Shown here: positions 23,530 to 36,761 of the stretch, one piece after another
How positions within the stretch are numbered: position 1 is the first letter of the stretch
How the letters are laid out: every line of letters starts with the position of its first letter
Origin: Dipteris shenzhenensis
Taxonomy: Eukaryota
DNA length: 64,000 nt
Direction: 5' to 3' (one strand)
NCBI GenBank assembly: GCA_047967505.1
Contig: CM106538.1
Made by a program: the position numbers and the translations under genes
Notes under the pieces: model-generated
Databases searched by the model: none
The model's input: the letters and a program-made list of their open reading frames with translations, nothing else
What the model was told of the DNA's origin: nothing

Positions 23530-25324
23530 CCCTCCCCCTCCACCACCACCTCCCCCCTCCCCCCTCCCCCTCCCCCTCCACCTCCTCCCCCTCCCCCTCC
23601 ACTACCACCTCCCCCCTCCCCCTCTTCCCCCCCCTTCCACCACCACATCCCCCCTCTTCCCCTTCATCTCCACCTCCCCCTCTCCCCCTCCCCCTCCACT
23701 ACCACCTTCCCCCTCCCCCTCTCCCCCTCCCCCTCCACCTCCTCCCCCCTCCCCCTTCATTTCCCCCCGCCTCCACCACCACCTCCCCCCTCCCCCTTCA
23801 TTTCCCCCTCCCCCTCCACCTCCTCCCCCCTCCCCCTCTTCCACCACCCCCCTCCCCCACCACCTCCCCCCTCCCCCTCCACTACCACCTCCCCCCTCCC
23901 CCTCTCCCCCTCCCCCCTCCCCCCTCCACCTCACCACCTCCCCTCCCCCTCCACTACCACCCCCCCCCTCCCCCTCTTCCCCTTCATCTCCACCTCCCCC
24001 TCTCCCCCTCCCCCTCTACTACCACCTCCCCTCTCTCCTCTCATCTCCCCCTCCCCCTCCCTCTTCATCCCCCCCTCCACCACCCTCCTCCCCCACCACC
24101 TCCCCCCTCCCCCTCTCCCCCTCCCCCTCTCCACCTCCACTACCACCTCCCCCCTCCCCCTCTCCCCCTCCCCCTCCACCTCCTCCCCCCTCCCCCTCCA
24201 CTACCACCTCCCCCCTCCCCCTTCATTTCCCCCTCCCCCTCCACCTCCTCCCCCCTCCCCCTCTTCCCCCCCCCCTCCACCACCACCTCCCCCCTCCCCC
24301 TTCATCTCCCTCTCCCCCTCCCCCATCCCCCACTCTCACCTTTCTCTCTCCCACCCCATCTCCTCTCTCCCCCTCGTTCCCTCCCCCACCCCCTCTCTCA
24401 CCTTTCTCTCTCCTCTCTCCACCCTCCCCCTCCCCCTCCACCACCACCCCCCATCTCCTCTCTCCCCCTCGTTCCCTCCCCCACCCCCTCTCTCACTCCC
24501 TCTCTCCTCTCTCCCCCTCATTCTCTCCCCCACCCCCTCTCTCCCTTCCCCCTAACCTCACTCAAACCCCCCATCCCACCCACCCCACCCCACCCCACCC
24601 CACCCATCCCCCGCTCCCGCGGCGGCGCTCCGCAGAGACGCCGCCGCCGCCCCCGCCCACCCCGCCCGGGCCGGCGACGCCCGCCCGCCAGCAGCGGAGC
24701 CACCAGCGGCGGCGCCCGCCCCTTCCGCCCCCGCGGCGGTGCACGCAGCGCCGCCGCCCCGCGCCCCCCGCCCGCAGCCCCGTGCCCCCCGCCCCGCCCC
24801 GCGCCCGCAACCCCGCGCCACCCCCGCCCGCCGTCCCGCGGCGGCGCACAGCGCCGCCCCCGCCCGCAACCCGGCGGCGCACAACGCCGCCCCCGCCCGC
24901 AACCCAGCGGCGCACCGCGCCGCCCCCGCCCGCCGCCCCGCGGCGGCGCACACAGCGCCGCCTCCCCCCGACCCGCCCCCTCTCCTCTCCTCACACACCC
25001 CCCGCCACCCGCCCCCCGCCCCCGCGGCGGCGCACACAGCGCCGTCCCCCCCGACCCGCCCCCTCTCCTCTCCTCACACACCCCCCGCTACCCGCCCCCG
25101 CCCCCGCGGCGGCGCACACAGCGCCGCCCCCCCCCCCGCCCTCCCCCGCCCCTCCCCGCACCCCCCTCACACACCCCCTCACAGACACTCCCCTCGCACT
25201 CCCCTCACACCCCCCGCGCACCCCCTCGCTCGCCTCCCCCGCCCCCCCCGCGCGTCAACCCCCCCCTCTCCGGGCGCCGCCGTCGGGCAGCCCCCAGTGC
25301 CAAAAAAAAAAAAAAAAAAAAAAA
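23530..25324. repeat. C-rich low-complexity tract, GC-rich hairpin minisatellite and poly(A) in the Gypsy 5' leader
   Basis: ccccct/ccacc tracts 23530-24610; cgcggcggcgcacacagcgccg units ~24830-25130; A-run 25302-25324. Confidence 0.9.
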
Positions 25325-26074
25325 CCTAACCTAAAACTAACCTCAGGTTAGTTACTAACTACGGTTAGGTTAGTCGATTAACCCTAGGTTAGTTAGTCCT
25401 AACTACAGTTAGGTTATGTTAGTTAGGTTAGCATTAACTAGAGTTAGGTTAGAGTAGGTCAGTTCACCCTCGGTTAGTTAGGTTAGACTAGTTAGGTTAG
25501 TTTAGGTTAACCTCCAGTTAGGTTAGACTAACTCTTCAGTTAGTGTCTAACTACAGTTAGTTCACCCTCCCAGTTATAGTAACTGGGAGGATCACGGTTA
25601 GTTAGTCTAACTAGAGTCACTTAGTTTCAACCCCTCGGTTGGACTTAAAGTCCATTCGCACCACCATTAGGACCCCCCAAACGCCAAATTTACCCCTCCT
25701 TTAACCCCTCGAAACTCATCCGTTTGGAACCCAAATTGAACCCCGTTTGAACCCAGATTTCACACACGGAAACACCACGTTACGGGGTATTTTTCCAGCC
25801 CATTGCACACCATTTCGGCATCCCTAGCACACGTTCGTTCGCGCCTCCGTGTGGGCCTCATTTTGCATTAATTCACTCGTATTTTCACGCCGCGACCTCC
25901 GATTAACAATCCATCTGCACCGGCACATTTCCCTACACACATAGGACAATCCAAGGAACATTATTAACACGACGGTCCTTACACAAACTAACATCACTCT
26001 ACCTCTCCTAACGACACCACCTCCACGCCCGCCCTTGGGGTAACGATCCCCTTAGCCAATCACGCACCATCTGC

Positions 26075-27721
26075 ATGCAGTTACGTTCCGGCCAACGACT
26101 TCGACTCCAACGCTCGCCCAATCCGCATCTAACTCCACTGCAACAACCGCCCCCGCCAATCCTCTACCCCGAATCCCCCCCTGAGGTTCAACAACTTCCT
26201 TTAACTCCTCCACGCCCCAACATGGCTGGACGTCGTCCTGAGCATGATGGGGACATCGAGCTCGATGCCGAGGCTGACAACTTCTTCAATCGACGAAATC
26301 ACAACAATCACGCCCGACGCCCCTTGGGAAAACTGGAACTTCCCAAATATAATGGTAGGGGAGACCCTGCTCGCTTCCTCCAACATTTTGATGCCGCATG
26401 TCGAGCAGGTGGTGATCAATCCCATGAAACTAAGGTGGCTTGGTTTCCAATGGCCTTAACTGATGAGGCGTCAGAATGGTACCTCGACCTTCTTGTGGAA
26501 GAACGTGCTACATGGGACCTACTTCAAACCGAATTCAAACGTCGCTTTCAAACGGAAAGGCTACAAGATGATCCCGCTCTCCAACTCAGCAAGATCGAAC
26601 AAGGCCGGAGGGAAGATGTACGCACATACCTGGGAAAGATGAAGAGATTGATCGCCAAATGTGACCCACGCCCAGATGCAAAGTACCTCACGGCATGGTT
26701 CATAGCAGGTCTACGAAAGAAAATCCGCAAGGATATGAAAAAGATAAGTAGCTATGAAACATTCAGTGCTGCTCATGCGGCAGCCATTGACATCGAAGAT
26801 GGCATGACAGATTCAGACACTAGCAGTGATGATGCCAGATCAAATACACGAGATAAGCGCTCGAAAAAAGGTAAATCAAAGGACACTGCCGAAACATCCA
26901 ATGAAGATCGCCTCGAGGCCATGACCTTGAAGCTGAAAGAAGATATGATGCAGGCCATGGATCAAAAACTTCACTTGTCTCAGCCGCCAACTCAAACATA
27001 TCCACGGCGAGAAAATATCTGGTGCCCACACTGCTTGGCAAATCATACAGCAAATGAATGCCCAGTCCTAAGAGCAAGAATCAATGCACAAGCAAATCCA
27101 CCGCCACGGTTGTGGTGCCATATCTGTGTCGTCGGCGGCCATGATGAGACCAGTTGCATCTTCAACATGCGCAACAATCCGCCTCGACCACCACAATACC
27201 AAGCGGCACCCATGCCAGTATACAGGCAACCGGCACTTGCACAAGCGCCCCCAGCTTCGAGACTAAATCCTGTACCCGTTCGGACACAAGTCCCCCAACT
27301 ACTCAGGAATCCGAATCCACGACCGTATCCAAGAGCAGCAAATCTAGCTCCTCAGGCAGTTCCAATACATCAATTACAAGCCGAGGAAGTCGACTCGCTA
27401 TTTGAGTATGAAGCAGAGTACCCAGTGTACTACGTCGAAGGTGCAGAGGGTTTAATACCAGTCTATGCAAATCAAGTGCGACCCAACACATTTCGCACAC
27501 CAATCAAGTGTTACGGTTGTGGAGAAAATCATAGAATCGCAGAATGCCCTCATCGCGGTAGCCCAGCCACTTTCCAACCACTCTGCAGAGATTGTGGCAT
27601 AGGACATGCCTGTATGGATTGTCCCATGAAAAATAAGGTCCCAGAACAAACAGAGGTTAAGCCCGACGTCCCCATCGGCATCATTGGGGTGGACCATCAA
27701 GTCTGGGTCCGGCAAGTCTAA
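26075..27721 (+). CDS. Gypsy Gag
   Basis: LPKYNG..DP..FL..F, FPMALTDEASEWY, TWDLLQTEFKRRF, Q...EDVRTY, WFIAGLR; several CCHC-like knuckles. Confidence 0.92.
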   Translation: MQLRSGQRLRLQRSPNPHLTPLQQPPPPILYPESPPEVQQLPLTPPRPNMAGRRPEHDGDIELDAEADNFFNRRNHNNHARRPLGKLELPKYNGRGDPARFLQHFDAACRAGGDQSHETKVAWFPMALTDEASEWYLDLLVEERATWDLLQTEFKRRFQTERLQDDPALQLSKIEQGRREDVRTYLGKMKRLIAKCDPRPDAKYLTAWFIAGLRKKIRKDMKKISSYETFSAAHAAAIDIEDGMTDSDTSSDDARSNTRDKRSKKGKSKDTAETSNEDRLEAMTLKLKEDMMQAMDQKLHLSQPPTQTYPRRENIWCPHCLANHTANECPVLRARINAQANPPPRLWCHICVVGGHDETSCIFNMRNNPPRPPQYQAAPMPVYRQPALAQAPPASRLNPVPVRTQVPQLLRNPNPRPYPRAANLAPQAVPIHQLQAEEVDSLFEYEAEYPVYYVEGAEGLIPVYANQVRPNTFRTPIKCYGCGENHRIAECPHRGSPATFQPLCRDCGIGHACMDCPMKNKVPEQTEVKPDVPIGIIGVDHQVWVRQV

Positions 27722-27722
27722 G

Positions 27723-30700
27723 GTCACAACCTATCAATGTAATTACACGCCAACAGAAAGCGGCCACGAAGGAACCTATCATTCCAATCCAACCGAAGCG
27801 CCTTCTGAGAAAGAAAGCACAAGTGCCTCCACCTCCGCCAAGCAATGAGCAGCCGAGTTCATCCACATCAACTCCCGAGCCTCGAATAAAAGAAGCTCCA
27901 TTCCCGAATGCAGAGGTGGAAAAGGCTCGTTTTCAGGCACTTCAGCAATGGGTCCAAAATGAACAAGCTCAATTTGAGGCTCAGAAACAAGCTCAAGACC
28001 CACTCCATGACTTGGCCCCACAAAGTATTGATACTGTACTCGAGCCTTTGTTCCAACGACAGACTCCACAACAGAATGTACCGCCACGTCAACTTGAAGG
28101 AGCTGCACTCTCTAGCATCCTGAGTTGCCCTGTGTCCATTCCCATCGGAATCCTCTTACGAAATTGTCCCAATCTCTGGGAGAGTTTCAAAGGATGGATT
28201 GAACTCGCAAATCCCCCTCCACCTATGAACGACATTGATGATATCCCTGTGCGGATGGGTGAGAAAGATGACATACGCAACATCACTGTGCCTTTGATCC
28301 ACAAGGCATATAATGAAATCCAAGCCATAGTGGATGGTGGAGCAGGTGTCAATGTCCTATCAAAGGAGCTTTACGAAGAATGGGGTCTCCCACCAATGCA
28401 AAAGGCTAATTTCAACATACGCCTTGCCGATGATTCACGGGCTAAACCCTTGGGAATAGTGAATGGCGTGTCCACAAAGATCGCAGGAGTCCGCTTTTCC
28501 CTTCAATTCACAATCTTGGATCTCCCCAAAAAATCCTATCAAATCTTACTGGGACGTCCTTGGTTACGGGAAGCATCAGTCCTCCATGACTGGGGAACGG
28601 ATACAATCCAGAATTGAGACACTGCAGTCAGGGTGAATGTGGGGACAGGAGCTATTAAACCCATTGTTCCTAGAGCATTGGATGACACATCTTCCACGAC
28701 AATCTCGAGTAAATCAGATCCCTTGCAACAGCATGCCATAGCAGGTGACTCACAAAGCAATGTCAATAACTGGATACAAACATTGGCAACCATCGACAAC
28801 TGCCATTCATTAGACCCCATCTTCTCACAGATAGTTGTTAATGCACTACAGGTCGATCCTCCACCGACACATGACGAACAAATCGATCTAGAGATGCCTT
28901 TCTTTATGGCTGACCTCGAATGGGATAATGAACCTGAAGAAGGTACCCATACCAATGATGACTCAGATTTTCCTTGGGACCTTGAAACAGAGGCTGCGAA
29001 TGCTGAAATTGAAGATCAAATCTTTGAAAATGACCTAGCCATTCTGCATGCCCTAATGGCAGTTGAGCTCCCAAAAGTTGAACCTCCACAGTTGCATAAC
29101 AGCAGAAGATCCCGCAAGAAAGCTGCCGGAGGAAATCGCAGAAAAGCCAAGGCCGAGCACTTCAATGAATTCGAACGAGTCCAAACACGGATTGTGGAAT
29201 TGTATCTTGCAAAGGCAGTCCCCTCAAAGTCAAAACCACCACCTCTTGAATGGTCCTTTGAAGGACTGGAAGGAGTATGTGCAGCACATGAACCCTTACT
29301 TGGAAACACCTTACCAGTGGAAAAGTTACCCCACAGTTCCCAACGTAAGAAGTTTCGGAAATATAAGCCACATGTGCGGATGAAGCTCGAACAAGAGACT
29401 TCAGAAAAAGAAAAAAAAGAAGAGCCTAACAAATTACTAAATGCGTCTATGCCACCCAGTACTCATGACACATCTCAGGCTAGTTCAACCCCATCAGAGG
29501 CCGATCTTCGAGAAGTGCCGGAATACTTTAAGAATTATACAAGTGGAAGTGCACCAATAGCAATGCCAAGACCAATCAGAGAATCTGAAGTTCAAGAAAC
29601 AGATAGCATTGGAGAAACTCCAATCTATGAGGGACCGGCAAAAACACGCACAATAAACCTCGCCCTTGAAGGGGAGGAAGAAAAGTTGGTTTTCATTGGG
29701 AAACAGCTCCGTCAAGAAGATGAAATCAAACTCAAAGACCTCCTAATGGAATACCGTGACTGCCTAGCATGGTCATACAAAGAGATGAAAGGAATTTCAC
29801 CAGAAGTGGTAGTTCACACGATCCCTATAAGGGAAGGTGCTCGCCCTAAGGTATGTGGCCCTTATCGCACAAATCCTAAATATGGCACCATGGTTTATGA
29901 CGAGCTGGAAAAACTCCTAGATGCCGGATTCATCTACGAGATAGAGCACACTGATTGGGTTTCACCCATTGTCATTGTGCCTAAACGCAACAAGAAGCTC
30001 AGAATATGCGTAAACTTGAAAAATGTGAATGCCGCCACAATTAGGGATCACTACCCCCTACCCTTAACAGAAACAGTGTTGGAAAAGGTGGCAGGATCCG
30101 AAATATATAGCTTCTTGGATGGCTTCAGTGGCTATAACCAAGTACAAATTGCTCCTCAAGACCAATCAAAAATAGCATTTGCTACAGAATGGGGTATTTT
30201 TGCATATAGAGTCATGCCATTCGGCCTTTGTAATGCCCCAGCCACATTCCAGCGAGTCATGTTCACAGCTTTCAAGTCATTTTTGAATAAGTTTTTACAG
30301 GTCTTCTTGGATGATTTGTGCATCCATTCAACCAAACAGGACCACTTCAAATGTCTGGAAGAAGTACTAATCAAATGCAGGGAGTATGGCATCTCCCTAA
30401 ATCCAACAAAATGCCAGTTCATGGTCACCCACGGAGTTGTTTTGGGACACATCGTCTCTCAACATGGGATTGCAACTGACATGGACAAAATCAAAATCAT
30501 CATGGAATTGCCTCCTCCTACAAATTCCAAAGGTGTACAGGTCTTTATGGGACATGCCGGTTATTATAGAAGATTTATATTGCGGTATGCCATGATAGCT
30601 AGACCACTTTACAAGTTATTAGTGGAGTTCTTATGGACCGAAGAGTGCGACCAAGCCTTTGAGCTTTTAAAGTGGCGCCTAATCACAGCACCCATCCTTC

Positions 30701-32477
30701 TATCTCCCAATTGGGATATTGATTTTCATGTTCATACTGATGGATCCAAGTATGCAATTGGGAGTGTGCTTTGTCAACCTGGTGAACATAAGAAAGACTA
30801 CCCCGTCTACTTCGCCAGTCGACAACTCAATGATGCAGAGATCAACTATACAACCACAGAAAGAGAAGCCCTCGCAATGGTGTACAGTGTAAAGAAATTT
30901 CGGCACTATCTACTCGCAAATGATTTTGTCTTCTACACCGACCATCAAGCATTGCTTTATCTTGTGAACCGTCCGTGTACCACCGGAAGAATAACCAGAT
31001 GGCTCCTCTTGCTGCAAGAATTCAACTTCAAAATTGTGGTCCGCAAAGGTGCACAACACTACATTGCCGATCACATGTCTCGAGTCAAGACAGGAGAAGA
31101 AGCCACTGGTGTAGAAGATGACTTACCAGATGCCACACTATTTCAAATAGATGCTGTTCCAGAATGGTGTGGAGATATCATTGGGTACTTGATGGCAGGA
31201 AGACCACCCCCTGACATGAAAGCAGTAGATGCCAGAAAATTGATTCTAAAGGCTGCACCATATCAACTCATTGCAGGACAACTATACAAGATGGGCAAGG
31301 ACCAGTTATTAAGAAGATGTGTAATGCCTCATGAGATCCTGCCAATCCTGAGTGAAGTCCATGAAGGCATTGCAGGAGGACACTTCCAAGGGGAAGCCAC
31401 AGCAAGAAAAGTTCTCCTCGCAGGCTACTGGTGGCCAACACTGTGGGCAGATGCCTATGAATATGTAAAAGGCTGTGATGTCTGCCAACGAACTATTAAA
31501 CCACAACACAAAGACTTCAATCCCCTAACAACAGTTGTTGCATAACAACCATTTGAAAAATGGGGGATTGATTATGTGGGTCCCATACATCCAGCAGCAA
31601 AAGGAACACAGGCACGCTACATCATTGTGGCCACTGATTACTTTACAAAATGGGCTGAAGCTAAGGCAGTCAGAAAGGCAGATGCCAAAAGCATGCCAAA
31701 AGCACAGCAAGATTCTTGTACGAACATGTGATCACCCGATTCGGATGCCCCCTTGAAATTGTGTCGGATAGAGGCACACATTTTGTCAATGAGGTAATCC
31801 AAGAACTCTTGTCTGGCTTCATGGTCATTCATAGAAAAAGCACACCCTACTACCCCCAAGGGAATGGACTAGCAGAATCCACAAATAAAATCATATGCAA
31901 TATCCTCACCAAGGTAGTAGAACCACAGCGTTCTGATTGGGCAGAGAAACTGAATGCAGCCTTATGGGCATACAGAACCACATTCAAGGTCAGTACAGGG
32001 AACATACCTTTTCAATTGGTGTACGGCCTTGAAGCCGTGGTCCCACTCGAATTTGTAATACCAAGTCTACGCATCGCAATACAGGAACGCATGGGTGATC
32101 ATGAGTCCTTGAAAGAAAGGCTCTGTCAGTTGGAAAAGCATACAGAGACAAGACTAGTCGCTTATCATGCCATGACAACAGAAAAACGTCGAAGAAAGGC
32201 ATGGTTTGATAGGAATTTGAAAGCTAAAGACATCAAGGAAGGCGACTTAGTCCTGTTATACAATGCCAAAGTACACAAGGGAAAACTGAAATATCTAGGT
32301 CAAGGACCCTACCGAGTACGAAAGATGAATCCCATTGGAGCTGTGCTACTTGAAACACTAGATGGAGTCCAATTCAACACAACAATAAACGGGAGCCGAC
32401 TGAAGTGCTACTACATCAACACGCAAGCCATCCCCGACACAAACGAAGATTTGGGAAACCAAGTCTTCCTTAGTTAG
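27723..32477 (+). pseudogene. Gypsy Pol (protease-RT-RNase H-integrase) with two in-frame stops and one frameshift
   Basis: AIVDGGAGVN, LDGFSGYNQ, MPFGLCNAPATFQR, VFLDD, TDGSKYAIG, FYTDHQAL, KWGIDYVGP, SDRGTHF, GPY. Stops at 28615 and 31543; small duplication and frameshift near 31682-31703. Confidence 0.95.
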
Positions 32478-33388
32478 GATTAGATTGTATCACAAGCACT
32501 CACTCGCATATGCACATTTTTGCACATATAGTTTGCACTAGATTGTTACACGCACACTCACTGCATACGCACGTTTTTTTTTGCACATTAGGGATGTTTG
32601 AGTCTTAGTTTCCCTATCAAATCCCACAAATAAGCATATAGTTAGACACATCACATGCACTCACCTGATTTTGCATAGGCACATAATAGATTGCATAAAA
32701 AATAGTATCACACACTTTCATTCCATACTCTCAAAGCATGCAATGAATTCACACGCAGTACACGAAGCTATGCCAAAACTCAAGATGAATTGGCAACAGA
32801 GTCTGCAGCCTCCACAACGAGACCCCCGCCAAACATCACAGCCGTCTCCTATATGCAAAAATATCAAACTTGCATACTCATTATCTACAAGCTCAATGCT
32901 ACGGGTGCAATCGCATCCAACCTGTATGCAAGATAGCAAGAAATGACAGCCTCAACAACGAGACCCCCGCCAAACCTCTTCCCAAGAAGATTCAATGGCA
33001 GCGTCCGCAACCTCAGCAACGAGATCCCCTCTGACATTCATAGTCATCTACCCCTCCTTAAGTGGAGATAAGCTTCTTGACCAACATCCTTTTATACCAA
33101 TCCTCCACAACGAGACCCCCGCTAAACCTCTTCCCAAGAAGATTCGATGGTAGCGTCCGCAACCTCAGCAACGAGATCCCCTCTGACATTCATAGTCATC
33201 TACCCCTCCTTCAGAGGACATAAGTTTCTTGACTATTGACTACAAATTGTGTGGTGCAAAAGCATTACAGCAGGAACGACTCGCATACCACAAGTTCAAT
33301 AGCCACTGAATTACGCACATGGCATCCCAACTCTGAAATCAAAATAAGCCATAACCCGAGGACGGGTAATAAAATGGATCCGGGAGTA

Positions 33389-34553
33389 TGTTGACTCTGT
33401 GCCAACATGAACTTATGAAGAAAGAGAAGGTGATACAACTTTGTGATACAACTTTGTGTTACAACTTTGTGTTACAACTTCTAGACACAACTTTATGTTA
33501 CGACTTTGTGTAACAACTTTGTGTTACGAGTTTGTCTACATGAAGAGAGAGAATGTGTTACGACTTTGTAACACAACTTTGTGACACAACTTTGTGTTAC
33601 AACTTTGTGTTACAACTTTGTGTAACAACTTTGTGTAACAACTTTGTGTTACAACTTCTACATGAAGAGAGAGAATGTGTTACGACTTTGTGACACAACT
33701 TTGTGTTACAACTTTGTGATACAACTTTGTGTTACAACTTTGTGATACGACTTTGTGTTACATGCAGAGAGAGAAGCTCTCCAACTTGTATAAATACCCC
33801 ATAATGGAATGAAGCCCACACTCTTGGGGCATTGTGTTGAGTCTACATTGGTATTCCAAGCATTTGTCTCAAGTGTCCATGCTTCCTTGCACTGCACGTC
33901 CAAAAGCATGTCCTAACCTTGCAACCCTTCTCCCCTCTCCTCCAACCCTGCAACCCATCCTCTCCCTCTCCTCCTCCCTTCTCCCTCCTACTCCTACTCC
34001 TCCTCCTCCCTCCTCCTCCTCCTCCTCCTCCTCCCTCCTCCTTCTCCTCCTCTCTCCTCCCTCCTCCTCCTCCTCCTCTCTCCTCCCTCTCCCTCCTCCT
34101 CTTCCCTCCTCCTCCTTCCTCCTCTCTCTCTTACTTCACCCATGCTCTTACACCTTCTTCCTCTCCCACTCCTATGCTTTCCTAAACCCTTAAACTCAAT
34201 GATCTACGAGGGAGACGAGTTCTCCACCATGTACTCTACTCTGAACCTTGGATCCTCCTCCTAACCCTGAACTCCTTCTAAACCTTGGAACCTCCTTCTG
34301 AACCCTGAAACTCTTTCGAACCCTTGAACTCTTTCTAAACCCTGGAACCTCCTTCTGAACCCTTAAACTCCTCCTAAACCCTACAACCCCCAATGAAAGC
34401 GAAAGCCTTCATTACCCCAACAACAATGGGTTACGTGCCTTTTACACATGCTTGCATTATGTTTACTCACCACACTTAAGCCTACGTCTCTCACCGGAAC
34501 ACGACTCGAGGTCCTAAGCTACATATATATTACGCAGTAGGAAAGAGCCAACA
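33389..34553 (+). repeat. Gypsy 3' LTR (1165 bp)
   Basis: Lacks 26 bp of the minisatellite and an 80-bp segment near its 3' end relative to the 5' LTR. Confidence 0.97.
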
Positions 34554-34558
34554 AGGGA

Positions 34559-36761
34559 GCAATTTGAAATTGGTATACGAAGGTGCATACATGGTAATAA
34601 AGGAATCGTGCGGAGAGGTTGGGACCACACAGAACTGGGTAGAGCCATAATCCAAGATTTTGTGGATAACAATTCTGAGCGTATGCCACACAAAAGTAGA
34701 ACACTTCAGGATGGATCAAGGGAAACACAGTTGGTGATACCGGATGTATACAAGCAGGTTGATATTCTCTATGAAGTTAACATGCAATTAAAGCATAGTT
34801 TGGGTTGTAAAGAGATGTCAACTTCCACATTCAACCGCATATGGAACTCTGAATTCAAGCATGTAACTTTGTCAAAAACAAGTGAATTCTCTAAGTGTGG
34901 TTTATGTAGTGCAATCAAGGCTCAGCTTGCAGTGACAAAATGCCAAAATGAACGTAATAAGTTGATGGAAGATAGAAGAAAACACATGTTACAACAAAAA
35001 AGTTGTAGAAATGTGTACTACACTTGGCGTAGATTTTCTGAAATGTATCCTCAGACATACTTGTGCATTATCCATGATAAGATGGACCAAAAGAAGATAG
35101 CCATCCCTAGATTACGCAATCGTTCAAAGGACACAGACAAGTCCTTTCAGCTCCCAGTGGCTTTGACTGGCATGATAACACATGGACATGGTCAAGGACG
35201 TTATGGTCACTTTTCTTTATCCTTGTGGCCGTCGGATCCTAACTTCACGATTGGTTCATTGGCTTTGTGTTTGAGAAATCTTGAAAGATTTGATAACCAT
35301 GCACTTGGAGATTTAGTACATGATGGGATGCCAAGGTCTGACAATGCTCTGCTAAATGCACTAACCTCAAGAGAAGCATTGGATTCTCACTATGTTTCTA
35401 ATGGCAAGCAACAACTTCATCTTGGAGCAGTGGGTGGAACATTAAAAGACCTTGGACTTGGAAGTTCCCATCAAGAAAATCCTTATAAGAAACTACCCGA
35501 ACACCTATTGTTGCAGTTGGATAATTGTGGTTCTGAAAACAAGAATAGGTACTTGTTTGCATACCTATCATTACTTGTTGCTCGAGGGATTTTCAAGTCA
35601 ATTCAATTGGGATTCTTGATGGTTGGGCATACACATGAGGATATTGATGCAATGTTTAGCAGGTTTTCAGAGAGGTTAAGAACTAGCCAAACATTGACAT
35701 TTGCACATCTCATGGATACTTTTAGACAATGTGAGGAGTCTTCTTCAACGCCATTTTTGGTAACGGAAGTCCCTGATTTCAAGAGCTATGTTGATGGATG
35801 CCTATGCGATGGGAAAGATTCTTTAGTGGGACACTCAAAGCCTCTCCAATTTCGGTTCTTTATGCGAAATGAAGTTCCTATCATGCAATATAAAGTGCAT
35901 CCACGATCATTAGATTGGCAACCAAGTGAAGGTGGCATTGAGTTGTGGAAGAGACATCTGGATGGTCATCCAATGCTACCAAGTGGAGAGCCGCCTTATG
36001 TAACCATGTTCAAGTATGTGAAGGATCACTTAGATGTGATAGTTGGTATCAAGGAGTATGTACGCTTTTGGGAAAAATGGGCACACCTGCAAGGTCCAGA
36101 TGCATCTTTCACAAAGTTTTACAAGCCAGTAGTGAAGTACTGGAAGAACATGATTGATGAGCTTGATAAACCAAACAATAGTGTAGAGGGCATGTACGAG
36201 AGATTTTGGCCAAAGACGCAACATATTGATTGTGTGCAAGTATTTGATAATGAAAACGATGAGTTTCAAGGAATTGAAGAGTTGAATGATCATTACTGTG
36301 GACCTCAAAGGAAAAAGCCAAAACAATCATTTGATCCAATGGTTGATGTACAAAAAGGACACTTTCTTTTGGTCCGACCAGCAGAAAAAATTTACCCAAT
36401 TTGGCTAGGCATTGCTCAAACTGATGTACAGAAGGATAATAAATCTAAAAATTTCAAGAAGGTTTTCATACAATATTGGGCACCTATATGCAAAAGACAC
36501 AATGCAGAAATTGAGGAGGTGTATGCACATTGTTGGAACAAGATTTGGATGTGCAATAAAGGTGATCCTCCATGTTGGGAATCTGTTGATGCTATTGTAT
36601 GGTCATGGGTTCCAAAATGTAACCTCTCAAAGAAGGTTTCCTCGAAGAGCAGCAACCTCCCCATCAAGGTGAAGATACCAACCATTGCACGCAAGCGAGC
36701 TTTATCCAATTTGGCTCATAGAATAGATTCTGACTCTGATGCTGACTCCACAATGGAGTGA
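34559..36761 (+). pseudogene. Transposase catalytic part (Sola1-like DDD motifs)
   Basis: FSKCGLC, IIHDKMDQ, LQLDNCGSENKN, FLMVGHTHEDIDAMFS; open frame to 36761. Confidence 0.85.

Larger units (their letters stand above)
21719..34553 (+). mobile_element. Ty3/Gypsy LTR retrotransposon, non-chromovirus (Athila/Tat-type), full length
   Basis: TG...CA LTRs, TSD aggga (21714-21718 and 34554-34558), PBS tggcgccgttgcc, gag-PR-RT-RH-INT order, no chromodomain or env ORF. Confidence 0.97.

Noticed and set aside
23399-25351. Extensin-like Pro-rich and Gly-rich ORFs up to 637 aa
   Set aside because: Open in nearly all six frames because the C-rich low-complexity DNA lacks stop codons; lies in a retrotransposon leader.
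23194-25620. Interstitial telomere
   Set aside because: Only short degenerate aaaccct and ttagg-like runs inside an LTR element; no regular array.
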